Part shown: one piece after another, positions 24,735-33,527 of the stretch
Layout of the letters: the number at the start of each line of letters is the position of its first letter
Numbering within the stretch: the first letter of the stretch is position 1
Virus record (IMG/VR): IMGVR_UViG_3300009360_000004
Source: a virus
Length of the DNA stretch: 42,338 nucleotides
Direction: 5' to 3' (one strand)
Program-made: the position numbers and the translations under genes
Notes under the pieces: model-generated
What the model saw: the letters and a program-made list of their open reading frames with translations, nothing else
Database searches by the model: none
What the model was told of the DNA's origin: nothing

Positions 24735-25166
24735 ATGAATATGACGAAAGTCAAGCAGTATGTGAACCTGCACGCGAAAAAGACGAAGCTCGAAGCCGAG
24801 CTCGCGAGTGTCAAGGAAAAGCTGAGCGAACTCGAGCCGTTCGTGCTCGAGCAATTTGAGAAGGCGGGGATTCAGAACATGAAGGTCGGAGACTGGAAGC
24901 CTTATGTCCACAGCCAGATCTGGGCCTCGGTCGACAAGAGCAATCCCCGGGCAATGGAGATCCTGAAAGCCAACGGGCTGGCAGACCTCGTGAGCGAGAC
25001 CGTGAACAGTCAAAGCCTCTCAGCCTACGTGCGCGAGCAGGTCAGGCTCTATGAAGACGCCGATTCGAAGAGCCTCGAAGAAGTATTGAAGGAAGCTATT
25101 TCACAGGAATTGCTAGAAGTGTTGAAAGTATCCGAGAAAACCAGCCTACGGGTTGTAAAGGCATAG
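24735..25166 (+). CDS. Hypothetical coiled-coil protein (replication/recombination module)
   Basis: 143 aa, RBS aaggagg; coiled-coil N-terminus. Confidence 0.45.
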   Translation: MNMTKVKQYVNLHAKKTKLEAELASVKEKLSELEPFVLEQFEKAGIQNMKVGDWKPYVHSQIWASVDKSNPRAMEILKANGLADLVSETVNSQSLSAYVREQVRLYEDADSKSLEEVLKEAISQELLEVLKVSEKTSLRVVKA

Positions 25167-25178
25167 GGAGGGAATGCA

Positions 25179-25901
25179 ATGAAGAAAGAAACAACTACCG
25201 CTATTGAAGTTGTGGAAAGCAAGTATCTTGTGTTGCAGGGAGATTCGGACATCGTCGAAATAGTCCAGGAAAACCTCGGCAGTGAAGGCGTTTCGGCATA
25301 CGATCTTGACCGCGTGAAGATCCCGGCGGGCGGAGCTACCGCGTTCGAAGTCCCCACGCTCGAGGGAGAGGAGAGCGTGAAGGAGATCGAGGGCATCATC
25401 ATTTTCTGGAAGACCGCTAGGGCCTACTGGCCCGAGAAGTTCAACGGCGAGAACAACCCGCCACAGTGCAGCTCGGTGGATGGCGAAGTCGGTCAGGGGA
25501 ACCCCGGAGGTTACTGCTCGAAGTGTCCGCTCGCTCAGTTCGGTTCGGCAGACAACGGTAAGGGTCAGGCGTGCAAGCAGATGAGACAGCTCTTCATCGT
25601 CCGCGAAAACGACATCCTGCCGCTGGTTCTCACGCTGCCACCCACAAGCATCAAGCCCGCGAAGCAGTATTTCATGAGACTGGCCAGCAAGGGTATAAAG
25701 TACACTCACGCAGTGACCAGAATCACCCTGGAGAAGGCCAAGAGTGGCGAGGGGATCACCTACTCCAAAGCGGCATTCGCGCTAGTGAAACAGCTTGAAC
25801 CGGCAGTCTGCACGAAGATCGATGCTTTCACGGAATCAATCAGACCGATGCTCGAGACCGTGGCAATAGAGAACGGCGAAGCCCCGGACTGGGACAACTG
25901 A
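25179..25901 (+). CDS. Hypothetical protein with central Cys cluster
   Basis: 240 aa, RBS gggaggg; segment CSSVDG...CSKCPLAQFG...CKQ suggests metal binding. Confidence 0.45.
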   Translation: MKKETTTAIEVVESKYLVLQGDSDIVEIVQENLGSEGVSAYDLDRVKIPAGGATAFEVPTLEGEESVKEIEGIIIFWKTARAYWPEKFNGENNPPQCSSVDGEVGQGNPGGYCSKCPLAQFGSADNGKGQACKQMRQLFIVRENDILPLVLTLPPTSIKPAKQYFMRLASKGIKYTHAVTRITLEKAKSGEGITYSKAAFALVKQLEPAVCTKIDAFTESIRPMLETVAIENGEAPDWDN

Positions 25902-25966
25902 ATCGAAGGGGAGGGGATGAAAGGGGCGTGCAATGAAGCACGCCCCATCTTTGAAGGAGTGATTCT

Positions 25967-27643
25967 ATGACCGAGTTTCTGCAAGAACTTTGGGGCTTCA
26001 AGCCGGAGAATTTGTTCGTGCTGGTCTGGCAGAAAAGAGGAAAGAAATCGAACTGGTTTCAGGATATAGGAAAGATCGAGAGCTTCGCCCAGAAGAACAG
26101 GGATCTGTCGGACCTGTACATCGGCGTGGGTTTGAGCCCGAAAGACTACGGATCGAAGAACCGCTGCCCCGCGAACGAGGTATCGGGGATCGCTGGATTT
26201 TGGGCCGACATTGACATTCTCGACGAGGTTCACAAGAAGGAGAACCTCCCTGCCTCGCTCGAAGAGGCAAAGAGTCTTTTCCCCGAACCGCCCACGTGCG
26301 TAATCCATTCGGGGCATGGCATACAGGCGTGGTGGTTGTTCAGAGAACCGTGGATCTTCGAGAACGAAGACGAAAGATTCAAGGCTCAGGCGATGTGTCA
26401 AGCCTGGCACCACAGGCTGTTGGAAAGGGCGACCGCCCGGGGCTGGGTGATCGACGCGACATTCGACCTGTCGAGGATTCTGAGAATCCCCGGGACGAAG
26501 AATCTCAAAGATCCGAAAGACGTTCGAGACGTGGAGCTGATCGAGCAAGAATGGACTACGAGGTACGAACCGGAAGATCTGGTCCCCGCGATCGTGGTCG
26601 AGAAGAAGGAAAGAGTCGAGACGGAGATCGGGAGGATCGCACTGCGGCCCGACGCCGCGCCGCCCACGGAGAAGTGGGAGGCCCTGATGAGCGCCGAGCC
26701 GAAATTCAAGAAATCGTGGAACCACGACAGGAAGGATCTCTCAGACCAGTCACCCAGTTCTTACGATTTTAGTCTTGCTTCGATCGCGTTTCAGGCCGAC
26801 TGGACGGACCAGGAGATCGTGGATCTTCTCATCGCCCACAGAAGGAAACACAAGGCAGATCTGAAGTTGCGAAAGGACTACTATCTCAGGACGCTTGAAA
26901 AGTTGAAGCTGGAAAGGAAGTACCAGGAAAAAATCAACGAGGCTCTGGAAACGCACAGCAAAAGAGCCACGGAAATAAAGGTAGCGCTCGCGAACGCCAA
27001 AGTCACATTGATCGAAGCGGAGAACAACGGCGCGAGCCTTGAGCGTGAAGAGATACTCAAAGAGCTGGAAAAGATTCTCGGCGTAAGAATCGAGAAGCTC
27101 CAGAAGTTCCTCTCCGAGCCTCCGTCGTACCGGCTTCAGACTCTGGCCACGAATATCAGCATCGAATCGGCCGGAGACATCATCTCGCAAACGAAATTCA
27201 GAATCAAGATCGCCGACGCTACCGGGGTCGTGATTCGACCGTTCAAGAAGGAAGAATGGTCGGACATAGCACAATTGATCCTAAACGCCTGCGAAGAGAT
27301 CGAGGTCGGTGAGGAGTCCACAGAGGCAGGATTCATAAACAGCCTACTAAGAAAATACCTGCACAGGAACACGAACTTAGTTTCGTTGCAGTCGGTGGAA
27401 GAGTACGGAGAGAAGATCCAGGAAGAGGGCTTTCCCTTTTCCCTAGAGGGCTACACGTACATTTCACTGTCGGAGATGCGAAAATTCATCCGCGTAACCA
27501 GCGGTGACGTACTAACGACCAAGCAGGTGGGTAAGTTGTTGAGAATAGCGGGGTGGAGCAACTGTGTAATCAACGTAAAGGTCGATGAAAAGAAGACTTC
27601 ACGCTCTCTGTTCAAGAAAAAAATCGAGCCTTCTGAAGTTTAA
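25967..27643 (+). CDS. Primase-polymerase (archaeo-eukaryotic primase superfamily) replication protein
   Basis: 558 aa; AEP-type motifs DIDILD (DxD), SGHGIQAWW (sGxGxH), RIPGTKN. Confidence 0.65.
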   Translation: MTEFLQELWGFKPENLFVLVWQKRGKKSNWFQDIGKIESFAQKNRDLSDLYIGVGLSPKDYGSKNRCPANEVSGIAGFWADIDILDEVHKKENLPASLEEAKSLFPEPPTCVIHSGHGIQAWWLFREPWIFENEDERFKAQAMCQAWHHRLLERATARGWVIDATFDLSRILRIPGTKNLKDPKDVRDVELIEQEWTTRYEPEDLVPAIVVEKKERVETEIGRIALRPDAAPPTEKWEALMSAEPKFKKSWNHDRKDLSDQSPSSYDFSLASIAFQADWTDQEIVDLLIAHRRKHKADLKLRKDYYLRTLEKLKLERKYQEKINEALETHSKRATEIKVALANAKVTLIEAENNGASLEREEILKELEKILGVRIEKLQKFLSEPPSYRLQTLATNISIESAGDIISQTKFRIKIADATGVVIRPFKKEEWSDIAQLILNACEEIEVGEESTEAGFINSLLRKYLHRNTNLVSLQSVEEYGEKIQEEGFPFSLEGYTYISLSEMRKFIRVTSGDVLTTKQVGKLLRIAGWSNCVINVKVDEKKTSRSLFKKKIEPSEV

Positions 27644-27650
27644 TAACAAC

Positions 27651-27672
27651 CCCTATATATAGGGATTTTTTT
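27651..27672 (+). terminator. Rho-independent terminator after the primase gene
   Basis: Palindrome ccctatatataggg followed by seven T. Confidence 0.55.
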
Positions 27673-27756
27673 CATTGATTTTTATTTTACTCATGATTTA
27701 GTTCCAGATCGTTAGTATAGTTAGTAACCCCCATCAATAGCCAAACACAGATTAGG

Positions 27757-27786
27757 GGAATGGTTAGGAATGGTTAGGAATGGTTA
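27757..27786. repeat. Three perfect tandem 10-bp direct repeats GGAATGGTTA (iteron-like)
   Basis: Read directly at 27757-27766, 27767-27776, 27777-27786 in an AT-rich gap between primase and helicase genes. Confidence 0.7.
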
Positions 27787-27999
27787 TTCTGACGGTTCGA
27801 CTGAAATAATGGAGCTGTTATTGATTAAAAGCCACTCGCACACAATAAAACAAAGAAAATTAGTATCTATTACTTACCAACGTGTCATATAACCGACCAT
27901 AAAACGCCGATTTGATGTAACTGATTTTACTACCCCGTGACAAATGTTACTGATTCGCGGCTGATGCAATGTAGTTTTAAGAAAAGGAGGTGATGTACT

Positions 28000-29688
28000 G
28001 TGGGCCAGGAATACAGAGTTTTCGGTCCTCCCGGGACGGGAAAGACCACGTATCTGAGTCGTCAAATTGAGAAAGCTGCCGGTGAATATAACGGCTCGGT
28101 GATAGTTTCTTCTTTCACAAGAGCCGCTGCCGTGGAGTTGGTTCAAAGAAAACTGCCGGTATCGCGCGAGAGTATCGGGACTCTCCACGCTCTATGTTAT
28201 CGGGCGCTGGGCCGACCGAAAATAGCGGAACTTTTCACGGAGGATTTCAACACGGAGCATCCGGGGTACAAGATCAGCCAGAGAGGGACGGCGATGGAGG
28301 ATATAGAGGCCGCGAAATCGAAGACGCAGGGCGATGAGATTTTCGCACAGATGCAGATCAAGCGCGCGCGAATGATACCGAAAAGCGTCTGGCCCGAGAC
28401 TCTTCTCGACTTCTCGCGAGTGTGGGAGGGCTGGAAAGAAGAAAACGGGTACATGGATTTCACGGACCTGATCGAGGAAGCTATCAGGTCCGTACCTGTG
28501 GCTCCTCAATCTCCCGCGGTAGGTTTCTTCGACGAGGTCCAGGACTTCACGCCCGTACAATTGAAGCTCGTGAGGCAGTGGGTGTCCCACATGGATTTTG
28601 CTATCTTGGCCGGAGACGACGATCAGTGCATATACTCTTTCGCGGGCGCTTCACCCGAGGCGTTCCTTGAACCCGAGCTTCCACAAGAATACGTCAGGGT
28701 GTTGAACCAGTCATGGAGACTCCCCAGAACGATTCAGGAGTACGCGGACTCGTGGATTCGCAAAGTCGCTGTCAGATACCCGAAGCAATACAGGCCCAAA
28801 GATTCCGAAGGTTTCGTGACTTTGTTTGACGCGAAATGGAAGAATCCTGAATTGTATATCCGTGAAATAGAACGGTATATACAGGGGGGTAAGACTGTGA
28901 TGATCCTCGCTACGTGTTCATACATGCTAGACCCTCTGAAGAAGATTCTCAAAGAAGCTGCTATCCCATTTCACAATCCGTACCGCAAGAGTCGAGGAGA
29001 CTGGAACCCATTAGGAAAAAGAAACGGCGTGTCGATGGTCGAGAGGATCATGGCCTTCCTTCTCCCCAGCTTCGAGGCGTGGGGTGAAGAGTCTCGCTGG
29101 TGGAGGCTGGACGACCTAAAGAAATGGATCATGGTTCTCAATTCCGCCGGAGTTCTCCAGCGCGGCGCGAAGAAGGCTTTGCTCGAGAAGCTCGAGACCA
29201 CAGAGGCCGTCGAGAAGAAAGAGGACGATTCCTTCGAGTTCGGCGCGAACATCATAGACGCCGAGTTCGAGTTCGGTGCAAACGAGAAGGAGGATCCCGC
29301 AATCGGCGTGGAGGAAATACTCTCGCAGTTCGAGCCGGAGGCTCGAAGGAGGGCCGAGGCTTCGGACCTGGACTGGTTCTACCACAATCTCTTGCCCGCA
29401 AAGAAGAAAATCGCGCAGTACCCGGTTTCCATCGTCCAGAAACACGGAGCAAGGGCGCTGGTGGAGAAGCCGCGACTAATTGTGGGGACGATTCACAGCG
29501 TGAAGGGCGGCGAGGCGGATATAGTCTATCTCTTCCCCGATCTCTCGCAGGAGGCATACCGCAACGCGATGACTGACAGGAGCAACAGAGACAGTATCAA
29601 ACGCCAGATGTACGTGGGCATGACGCGCGCGAGAGAGGGTCTCTATATCTGTGAGCCCTCGGATATGTGCCACGTGAAGTTTTCATAG
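28000..29688 (+). CDS. Superfamily 1 (UvrD/PcrA-like) DNA helicase
   Basis: 562 aa from GTG 28000 (RBS aaaggaggtga); Walker A GPPGTGKTT, FDEVQD, TIHSVKGGEAD, MYVGMTRAREGLYI. Confidence 0.75.
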   Translation: MGQEYRVFGPPGTGKTTYLSRQIEKAAGEYNGSVIVSSFTRAAAVELVQRKLPVSRESIGTLHALCYRALGRPKIAELFTEDFNTEHPGYKISQRGTAMEDIEAAKSKTQGDEIFAQMQIKRARMIPKSVWPETLLDFSRVWEGWKEENGYMDFTDLIEEAIRSVPVAPQSPAVGFFDEVQDFTPVQLKLVRQWVSHMDFAILAGDDDQCIYSFAGASPEAFLEPELPQEYVRVLNQSWRLPRTIQEYADSWIRKVAVRYPKQYRPKDSEGFVTLFDAKWKNPELYIREIERYIQGGKTVMILATCSYMLDPLKKILKEAAIPFHNPYRKSRGDWNPLGKRNGVSMVERIMAFLLPSFEAWGEESRWWRLDDLKKWIMVLNSAGVLQRGAKKALLEKLETTEAVEKKEDDSFEFGANIIDAEFEFGANEKEDPAIGVEEILSQFEPEARRRAEASDLDWFYHNLLPAKKKIAQYPVSIVQKHGARALVEKPRLIVGTIHSVKGGEADIVYLFPDLSQEAYRNAMTDRSNRDSIKRQMYVGMTRAREGLYICEPSDMCHVKFS

Positions 29689-29696
29689 GAGGCAGC

Positions 29697-29987
29697 ATGA
29701 GCGAAAAGTCGATAGTTAACTCGATACTGAAGTACCTGAACTCTCTTCCACAGTGCAGGGCCGAGAAGACCTGGGGCGGCGGGTACGGGAACGCAGGGAA
29801 ACCCGATATCACAGGGTGCCTGAGCGGGCGGCGCTTCGAGCTGGAGGTCAAGGTCCCCGGGGGTAAACTGACCCCGCTTCAAAAAGTCACGCTCGAGCAG
29901 TGGAAAGAGGCGGGCGCGATTGTGGCTGTGGTTCACAGTGTCGAAGAAGTGAAGGAGATATTGAAGGAGGCAAAATGCGAGAAATGA
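29697..29987 (+). CDS. VRR-NUC domain nuclease
   Basis: 96 aa from ATG 29697 (RBS taggagg); GKPDITG...ELEVKVPGGKLTPLQK matches the PD-(D/E)xK VRR-NUC pattern. Confidence 0.6.
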   Translation: MSEKSIVNSILKYLNSLPQCRAEKTWGGGYGNAGKPDITGCLSGRRFELEVKVPGGKLTPLQKVTLEQWKEAGAIVAVVHSVEEVKEILKEAKCEK

Positions 29988-30253
29988 TCGACTTCAACGG
30001 CGAAAAGCTGAGGGCAATCAGAGAAGAGAAGTGTCTGACGCAACGCGAACTGGCTTCTCGCGCGGGAGTTACGCAGGTGTATCTATCCAAGATGGAGTGC
30101 AATCACATCATCCCCAGACGGGCCGTGTGCGAGAAGCTGGCATGGGCTCTTCGTGTCGATCCCGATGAGTTTTTCGGACCTGCGGGCGAGACGCTCGACG
30201 ACATAGAAAATTACACCCGGATGTTCGAGAAAGTCCGGGCTATGGGGATGTGA
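29975..30253 (+). CDS. XRE-family helix-turn-helix transcriptional regulator
   Basis: ATG 29975 after gaaggagg RBS, overlapping the VRR-NUC 3-prime end; LRAIREEKCLTQRELASRAGVTQVYLSKMECN is a typical HTH_XRE segment. Confidence 0.65.
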   Translation: MREMIDFNGEKLRAIREEKCLTQRELASRAGVTQVYLSKMECNHIIPRRAVCEKLAWALRVDPDEFFGPAGETLDDIENYTRMFEKVRAMGM

Positions 30254-30266
30254 GGAGGGCCTAGAA

Positions 30267-31166
30267 ATGAGAATCGGTCTGATTGATGTTGATTCGAAGA
30301 TCCCTAACCTCGCCCTGATGAAGCTCTCGGCATGGCACAAAGCGAAAGGAGATAAGGTCGGGTTTTTCAATGCGCTTCAGAGATACGATCGTGTCTATGC
30401 CTCGAAAATCTTCGGCTTCACGGATGACTTCAAATACTGGCCTGGCTGCGAGATCGTAAAAGGCGGCAGCGGATATGACCTTGAGGCAAAACTCCCAGAA
30501 GAGATAGAGCATACTTACCCCGACTATGGGCTTTACGGTTGTGATTATGCTATGGGCTTCATCACTAGAGGTTGCATCCGAAACTGTCCTTTCTGCATTG
30601 TGCCGAGAAAAGAAGGCACGATACGCAAATCTGCTGATTTAGAAGAGTTCTGGAATGGGCAAAAGAGATTGATGCTTCTCGATAACAACATAACAGCAGC
30701 TCCAAAAGTGTTTGAAGAGACTATAAACAAAATTGTCGATTTGAAGATCAAAGTTGATTTTAGTCAAGGGTTGGACGCAAGACTCGTTGATGACAAAAAG
30801 TCGCTGCTGCTGTCGAAAGTCAGGTTGTGGAAGCAGATTCGTCTAGCTTGGGACAACGTAAAGGATGAGAGAGAAGTACTTCTAGGTTTGGAGATCCTTC
30901 TCAAATACAATTCCCCGAAACGCCTGATGATCTACGTCCTCATAGGCTTCGATTCCACGCCCGAGGAAGATCTCTATCGAGTAGAAAGGCTTCGAGAGAT
31001 GAAACTCGACTCTTTCGCTATGCCTTTCGACAGAAGAGATCCATACCAGAGGAACTTTGCGAGGTGGGTCAATCATAAGGCGATATTCAAGAGTGTTTCG
31101 TGGAATGAATACACTGCCAATAGAAAGAAGAGGAAAAGAAATCCGAGACAACTGGAGGTGAACTGA
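30267..31166 (+). CDS. Radical SAM protein with B12-binding-like N-terminal segment
   Basis: 299 aa, RBS gaggaggg; canonical C-x3-C-x2-C (CIRNCPFC) in GFITRGCIRNCPFCIV; N-terminus MRIGLIDVD...NLALMKLSAWHKAKGDKV resembles a Rossmann-like B12-binding segment. Confidence 0.65.
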   Translation: MRIGLIDVDSKIPNLALMKLSAWHKAKGDKVGFFNALQRYDRVYASKIFGFTDDFKYWPGCEIVKGGSGYDLEAKLPEEIEHTYPDYGLYGCDYAMGFITRGCIRNCPFCIVPRKEGTIRKSADLEEFWNGQKRLMLLDNNITAAPKVFEETINKIVDLKIKVDFSQGLDARLVDDKKSLLLSKVRLWKQIRLAWDNVKDEREVLLGLEILLKYNSPKRLMIYVLIGFDSTPEEDLYRVERLREMKLDSFAMPFDRRDPYQRNFARWVNHKAIFKSVSWNEYTANRKKRKRNPRQLEVN

Positions 31167-31339
31167 TGGAGATACAAGCGATAGAAGATTCGAAGCTGCT
31201 TAAGCGCGGGACGAAAGTGATCCACAACGGCCAGAAGTGTACGGTTCTGAACTTCAGGCACAACGGGAAGGGCTACGAATACTTCCTGAGCGACAGGAAG
31301 TGGGTGAAGAGACATCAGGTTAGGAGGGTGAGGGAATGA
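31166..31339 (+). CDS. Small basic hypothetical protein
   Basis: 57-codon ORF, ATG overlapping the radical SAM stop, RBS ctggaggtga; below the track cut-off. Confidence 0.35.
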   Translation: MEIQAIEDSKLLKRGTKVIHNGQKCTVLNFRHNGKGYEYFLSDRKWVKRHQVRRVRE

Positions 31340-31494
31340 AGAACGCAATCAAACCAAGCGGCATACCGATGTTTTGCTATTGCGTGGGTTGCAGAAAAAA
31401 GATATTTGACCTCTCCTCGGTATTGTTGTCGTTTGAGCATAAGGGAATTCTCTGCCATGATTGCTACTACAAAAAAGAGAGGAGGCAACAATGA
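31336..31494 (+). CDS. Small zinc-ribbon protein
   Basis: 52-codon ORF after taggagggtgaggga RBS; CYCVGC ... CHDC cysteine pairs. Confidence 0.35.
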   Translation: MKNAIKPSGIPMFCYCVGCRKKIFDLSSVLLSFEHKGILCHDCYYKKERRQQ

Positions 31495-31754
31495 CTGAAG
31501 ACATCACAGTAAAAGTCATACGTCACGATCCAAAAGACCCTTCCCTATACATCACCGGTGACATAGCCGATGCGTTGAGGGTGTTCGACGAGAGGGTAGC
31601 GGCACATTCGCAAACCGGTAGGCTTGTCGTTACAAAAGTCGAGCTGTGGGTCGGAGATAGACTCGTGAAGTATGCTGACAAAGAAGGAGTGTTCGATGTG
31701 AAATATACCAGAGCCGGTGTGTATCAAGGTGTTGAAAAGGAGGCCGCCGAATGA
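31491..31754 (+). CDS. Hypothetical protein
   Basis: ATG 31491 after agaggagg RBS (track ORF starts at 31461). Confidence 0.45.
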   Translation: MTEDITVKVIRHDPKDPSLYITGDIADALRVFDERVAAHSQTGRLVVTKVELWVGDRLVKYADKEGVFDVKYTRAGVYQGVEKEAAE

Positions 31755-32257
31755 GCGATAAGATCCAGGGTTTCAATCCTAACGTAGTTGACGAGATCCG
31801 CACGGTCTTCGACGCAGGAAAAGAGATCGACAGGATAGACATCGAAGATCTCTTCATCGCTATCGACTACTGGCGGCACGGTCAGCAGAAAGAACACGAG
31901 CTGGTAATCCAGGCTTTCAACGCTCAGAAACTCAGCTTCTTTGTGTACCAGTTGAAGTCCGAGCGGACGATGAACACCTCACTTTCACTGAAAGACCAGC
32001 TCAATAACTATGTCTTTGGGTTGGTGGGTGAAGTCGGTGAAGTCGTGGATCTCCTGAAGAAGTTCTTCTACCACGGCCACGAGGTTGATTCCAACAGGCT
32101 CAAAAGCGAACTCGGAGACATTCTCTGGTACGTCTCGGCTGTGGCAAGTCTGTTCGATATCAATCTTCAAGAGGTCGCACAACACAACATCGAGAAGCTG
32201 GAGAAGAGATATCCGAATGGGTTCTCAAGTGAAGCGAGCAAGGGAAGGGAGGGATAG
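31751..32257 (+). CDS. mazG: MazG-like nucleoside triphosphate pyrophosphohydrolase
   Basis: 168 aa; GLVGEVGEVVD and ELGDILWYV match the MazG/HisE EExxE-type motifs. Confidence 0.65.
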   Translation: MSDKIQGFNPNVVDEIRTVFDAGKEIDRIDIEDLFIAIDYWRHGQQKEHELVIQAFNAQKLSFFVYQLKSERTMNTSLSLKDQLNNYVFGLVGEVGEVVDLLKKFFYHGHEVDSNRLKSELGDILWYVSAVASLFDINLQEVAQHNIEKLEKRYPNGFSSEASKGREG

Positions 32258-32260
32258 AAG

Positions 32261-32749
32261 ATGAAAGATCAAGAAATTCGGGATCTGTCAGAAATTCTGG
32301 AACTTTATGAGAATTTGTCGGCAAACCAGAACCGCACCCAGGATGAGCAAGACAATCTCGATATGGCCGAGTATATCCTCATTCAGTCGATGAAACCTCT
32401 CCTGGAAGAGGCGAAGAAACTGAAATATGCGAGGTGTAAGAACTGCAAGTGGTTTAGCAGAGAGCCGATAGAGGGGAAATGGCCAAAATTCTCTAGTCGA
32501 ACCGATATCCAGGGTGAAAAGAAGCTACTCGACAAAGGTTTTGGAAGATGCGCCCACGACAAGGTGGACGAACAGGCGTTCTTCTACGATGACGAACAGG
32601 TCGGCTTCGGACAGCCCGGCTATCCCGAAAAGGTCGATTACACCGGAATGATGATCGATTGCAGCACGAATGAGTGTGGTTTCTTGCTCCACGAAACATT
32701 CGGGTGCGTGAACTTCGAGAAGAAGGAGGCAGGGAATGAAGAACGTTGA
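32261..32749 (+). CDS. Cysteine-rich hypothetical protein
   Basis: 162 aa; CKNCKW ... GRCAHD ... CSTNECG ... GC suggests metal binding. Confidence 0.45.
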   Translation: MKDQEIRDLSEILELYENLSANQNRTQDEQDNLDMAEYILIQSMKPLLEEAKKLKYARCKNCKWFSREPIEGKWPKFSSRTDIQGEKKLLDKGFGRCAHDKVDEQAFFYDDEQVGFGQPGYPEKVDYTGMMIDCSTNECGFLLHETFGCVNFEKKEAGNEER

Positions 32750-32906
32750 CAGATTCCTCAACAGACAGAAAGAAAAAGTAACCTCTCCCGAAAGGCTTGA
32801 GAAAAAGAGGATAAAGAAACAACTTCAAGAAGCGGCAAGAGCTGACGAAATCTATGGGCCTGAAGAAGAACGAGAGAATCGAAGGGAGGAGGCCACAAAT
32901 GATTAA
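32736..32906 (+). CDS. Small basic/acidic hypothetical protein
   Basis: 56-codon ORF with gaaggagg RBS; below track cut-off. Confidence 0.3.
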   Translation: MKNVDRFLNRQKEKVTSPERLEKKRIKKQLQEAARADEIYGPEEERENRREEATND

Positions 32907-33069
32907 GCGAACCTGCCCACTGTGCGGCTCTGTCTGGCACAGTGCAGTCGAGCAATGCCCCTGGAACTGCCAGAACTGCGGCTTCTTGCTCACGCCCGAC
33001 ATGAACGAGAATCCGGAGGAGAGAGATGCAGAGAGTCAACATGACGGTGTTCCGCAGAGTTTTCTTTGA
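32899..33069 (+). CDS. Small zinc-ribbon protein
   Basis: ATG 32899 after gggaggagg RBS; CPLCGS ... CPWNCQNCG. Confidence 0.4.
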   Translation: MIKRTCPLCGSVWHSAVEQCPWNCQNCGFLLTPDMNENPEERDAESQHDGVPQSFL

Positions 33070-33271
33070 ATCCGGTCTGAGCGTCGGGCAACTAACCAAA
33101 CACAGGATCAGACAAGAACTCACGCGCGGCATCTTGGACGGTGCAATTGACCGGATATCGTTCTCGTATGCCGCCAGCTACGCGAGGTTGTTCAAAGTGC
33201 CATATGACGAACTGTTTCCAAATACGAGAAAGATCGACAGGATCATTCGGGAATTTGCGGAGGTGGAATAA
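33026..33271 (+). CDS. Putative helix-turn-helix DNA-binding protein
   Basis: 81 aa, RBS cggaggag; GLSVGQLTKH ... RISFSYAASYARLFKVPYDELF resembles an HTH_XRE tail. Confidence 0.4.
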   Translation: MQRVNMTVFRRVFFESGLSVGQLTKHRIRQELTRGILDGAIDRISFSYAASYARLFKVPYDELFPNTRKIDRIIREFAEVE

Positions 33272-33486
33272 TGGGAATCTGGATATTTCTACTGGCTTCA
33301 GGGTGTTTTTGCGCGGGGTACTGCCTTTCCGGGATGCTCGGTTACGGCACCCGTGAAGATCTTGAGCGCGAGGCTGAAGAGTTGAGACGAGAGAACGCCC
33401 GACTGATGCGGAGTAATCTCACGCTTCAGGAAGAGATCGAACTGATGGAGAAAGAGACGAGATTCAGAGAGAAAACGAAGGTATGA
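33271..33486 (+). CDS. Small membrane/coiled-coil protein
   Basis: 71 aa; N-terminal hydrophobic helix (IWIFLLASGCFCAGYCLSGMLGYG) then coiled coil. Confidence 0.4.
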   Translation: MGIWIFLLASGCFCAGYCLSGMLGYGTREDLEREAEELRRENARLMRSNLTLQEEIELMEKETRFREKTKV

Positions 33487-33527
33487 GGGCCGCGGGGACG
33501 GCCCTTGCACCATTCAGGAGTGGGGCT

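Noticed and set aside
25967-27643. Considered annotating the 558 aa replication protein as a reverse transcriptase
   Set aside because: Its motifs (DxD, sGxGxH, RIPGTKN) are those of archaeo-eukaryotic-type primase-polymerases, not of the RT palm domain; kept as primase-polymerase, with an RT-like role noted only as speculation.
27757-27786. Considered whether the tandem GGAATGGTTA repeats could be a CRISPR array
   Set aside because: Units are 10 bp, directly adjacent with no spacers, and only three copies; this is iteron-like tandem repetition, not a repeat-spacer array.
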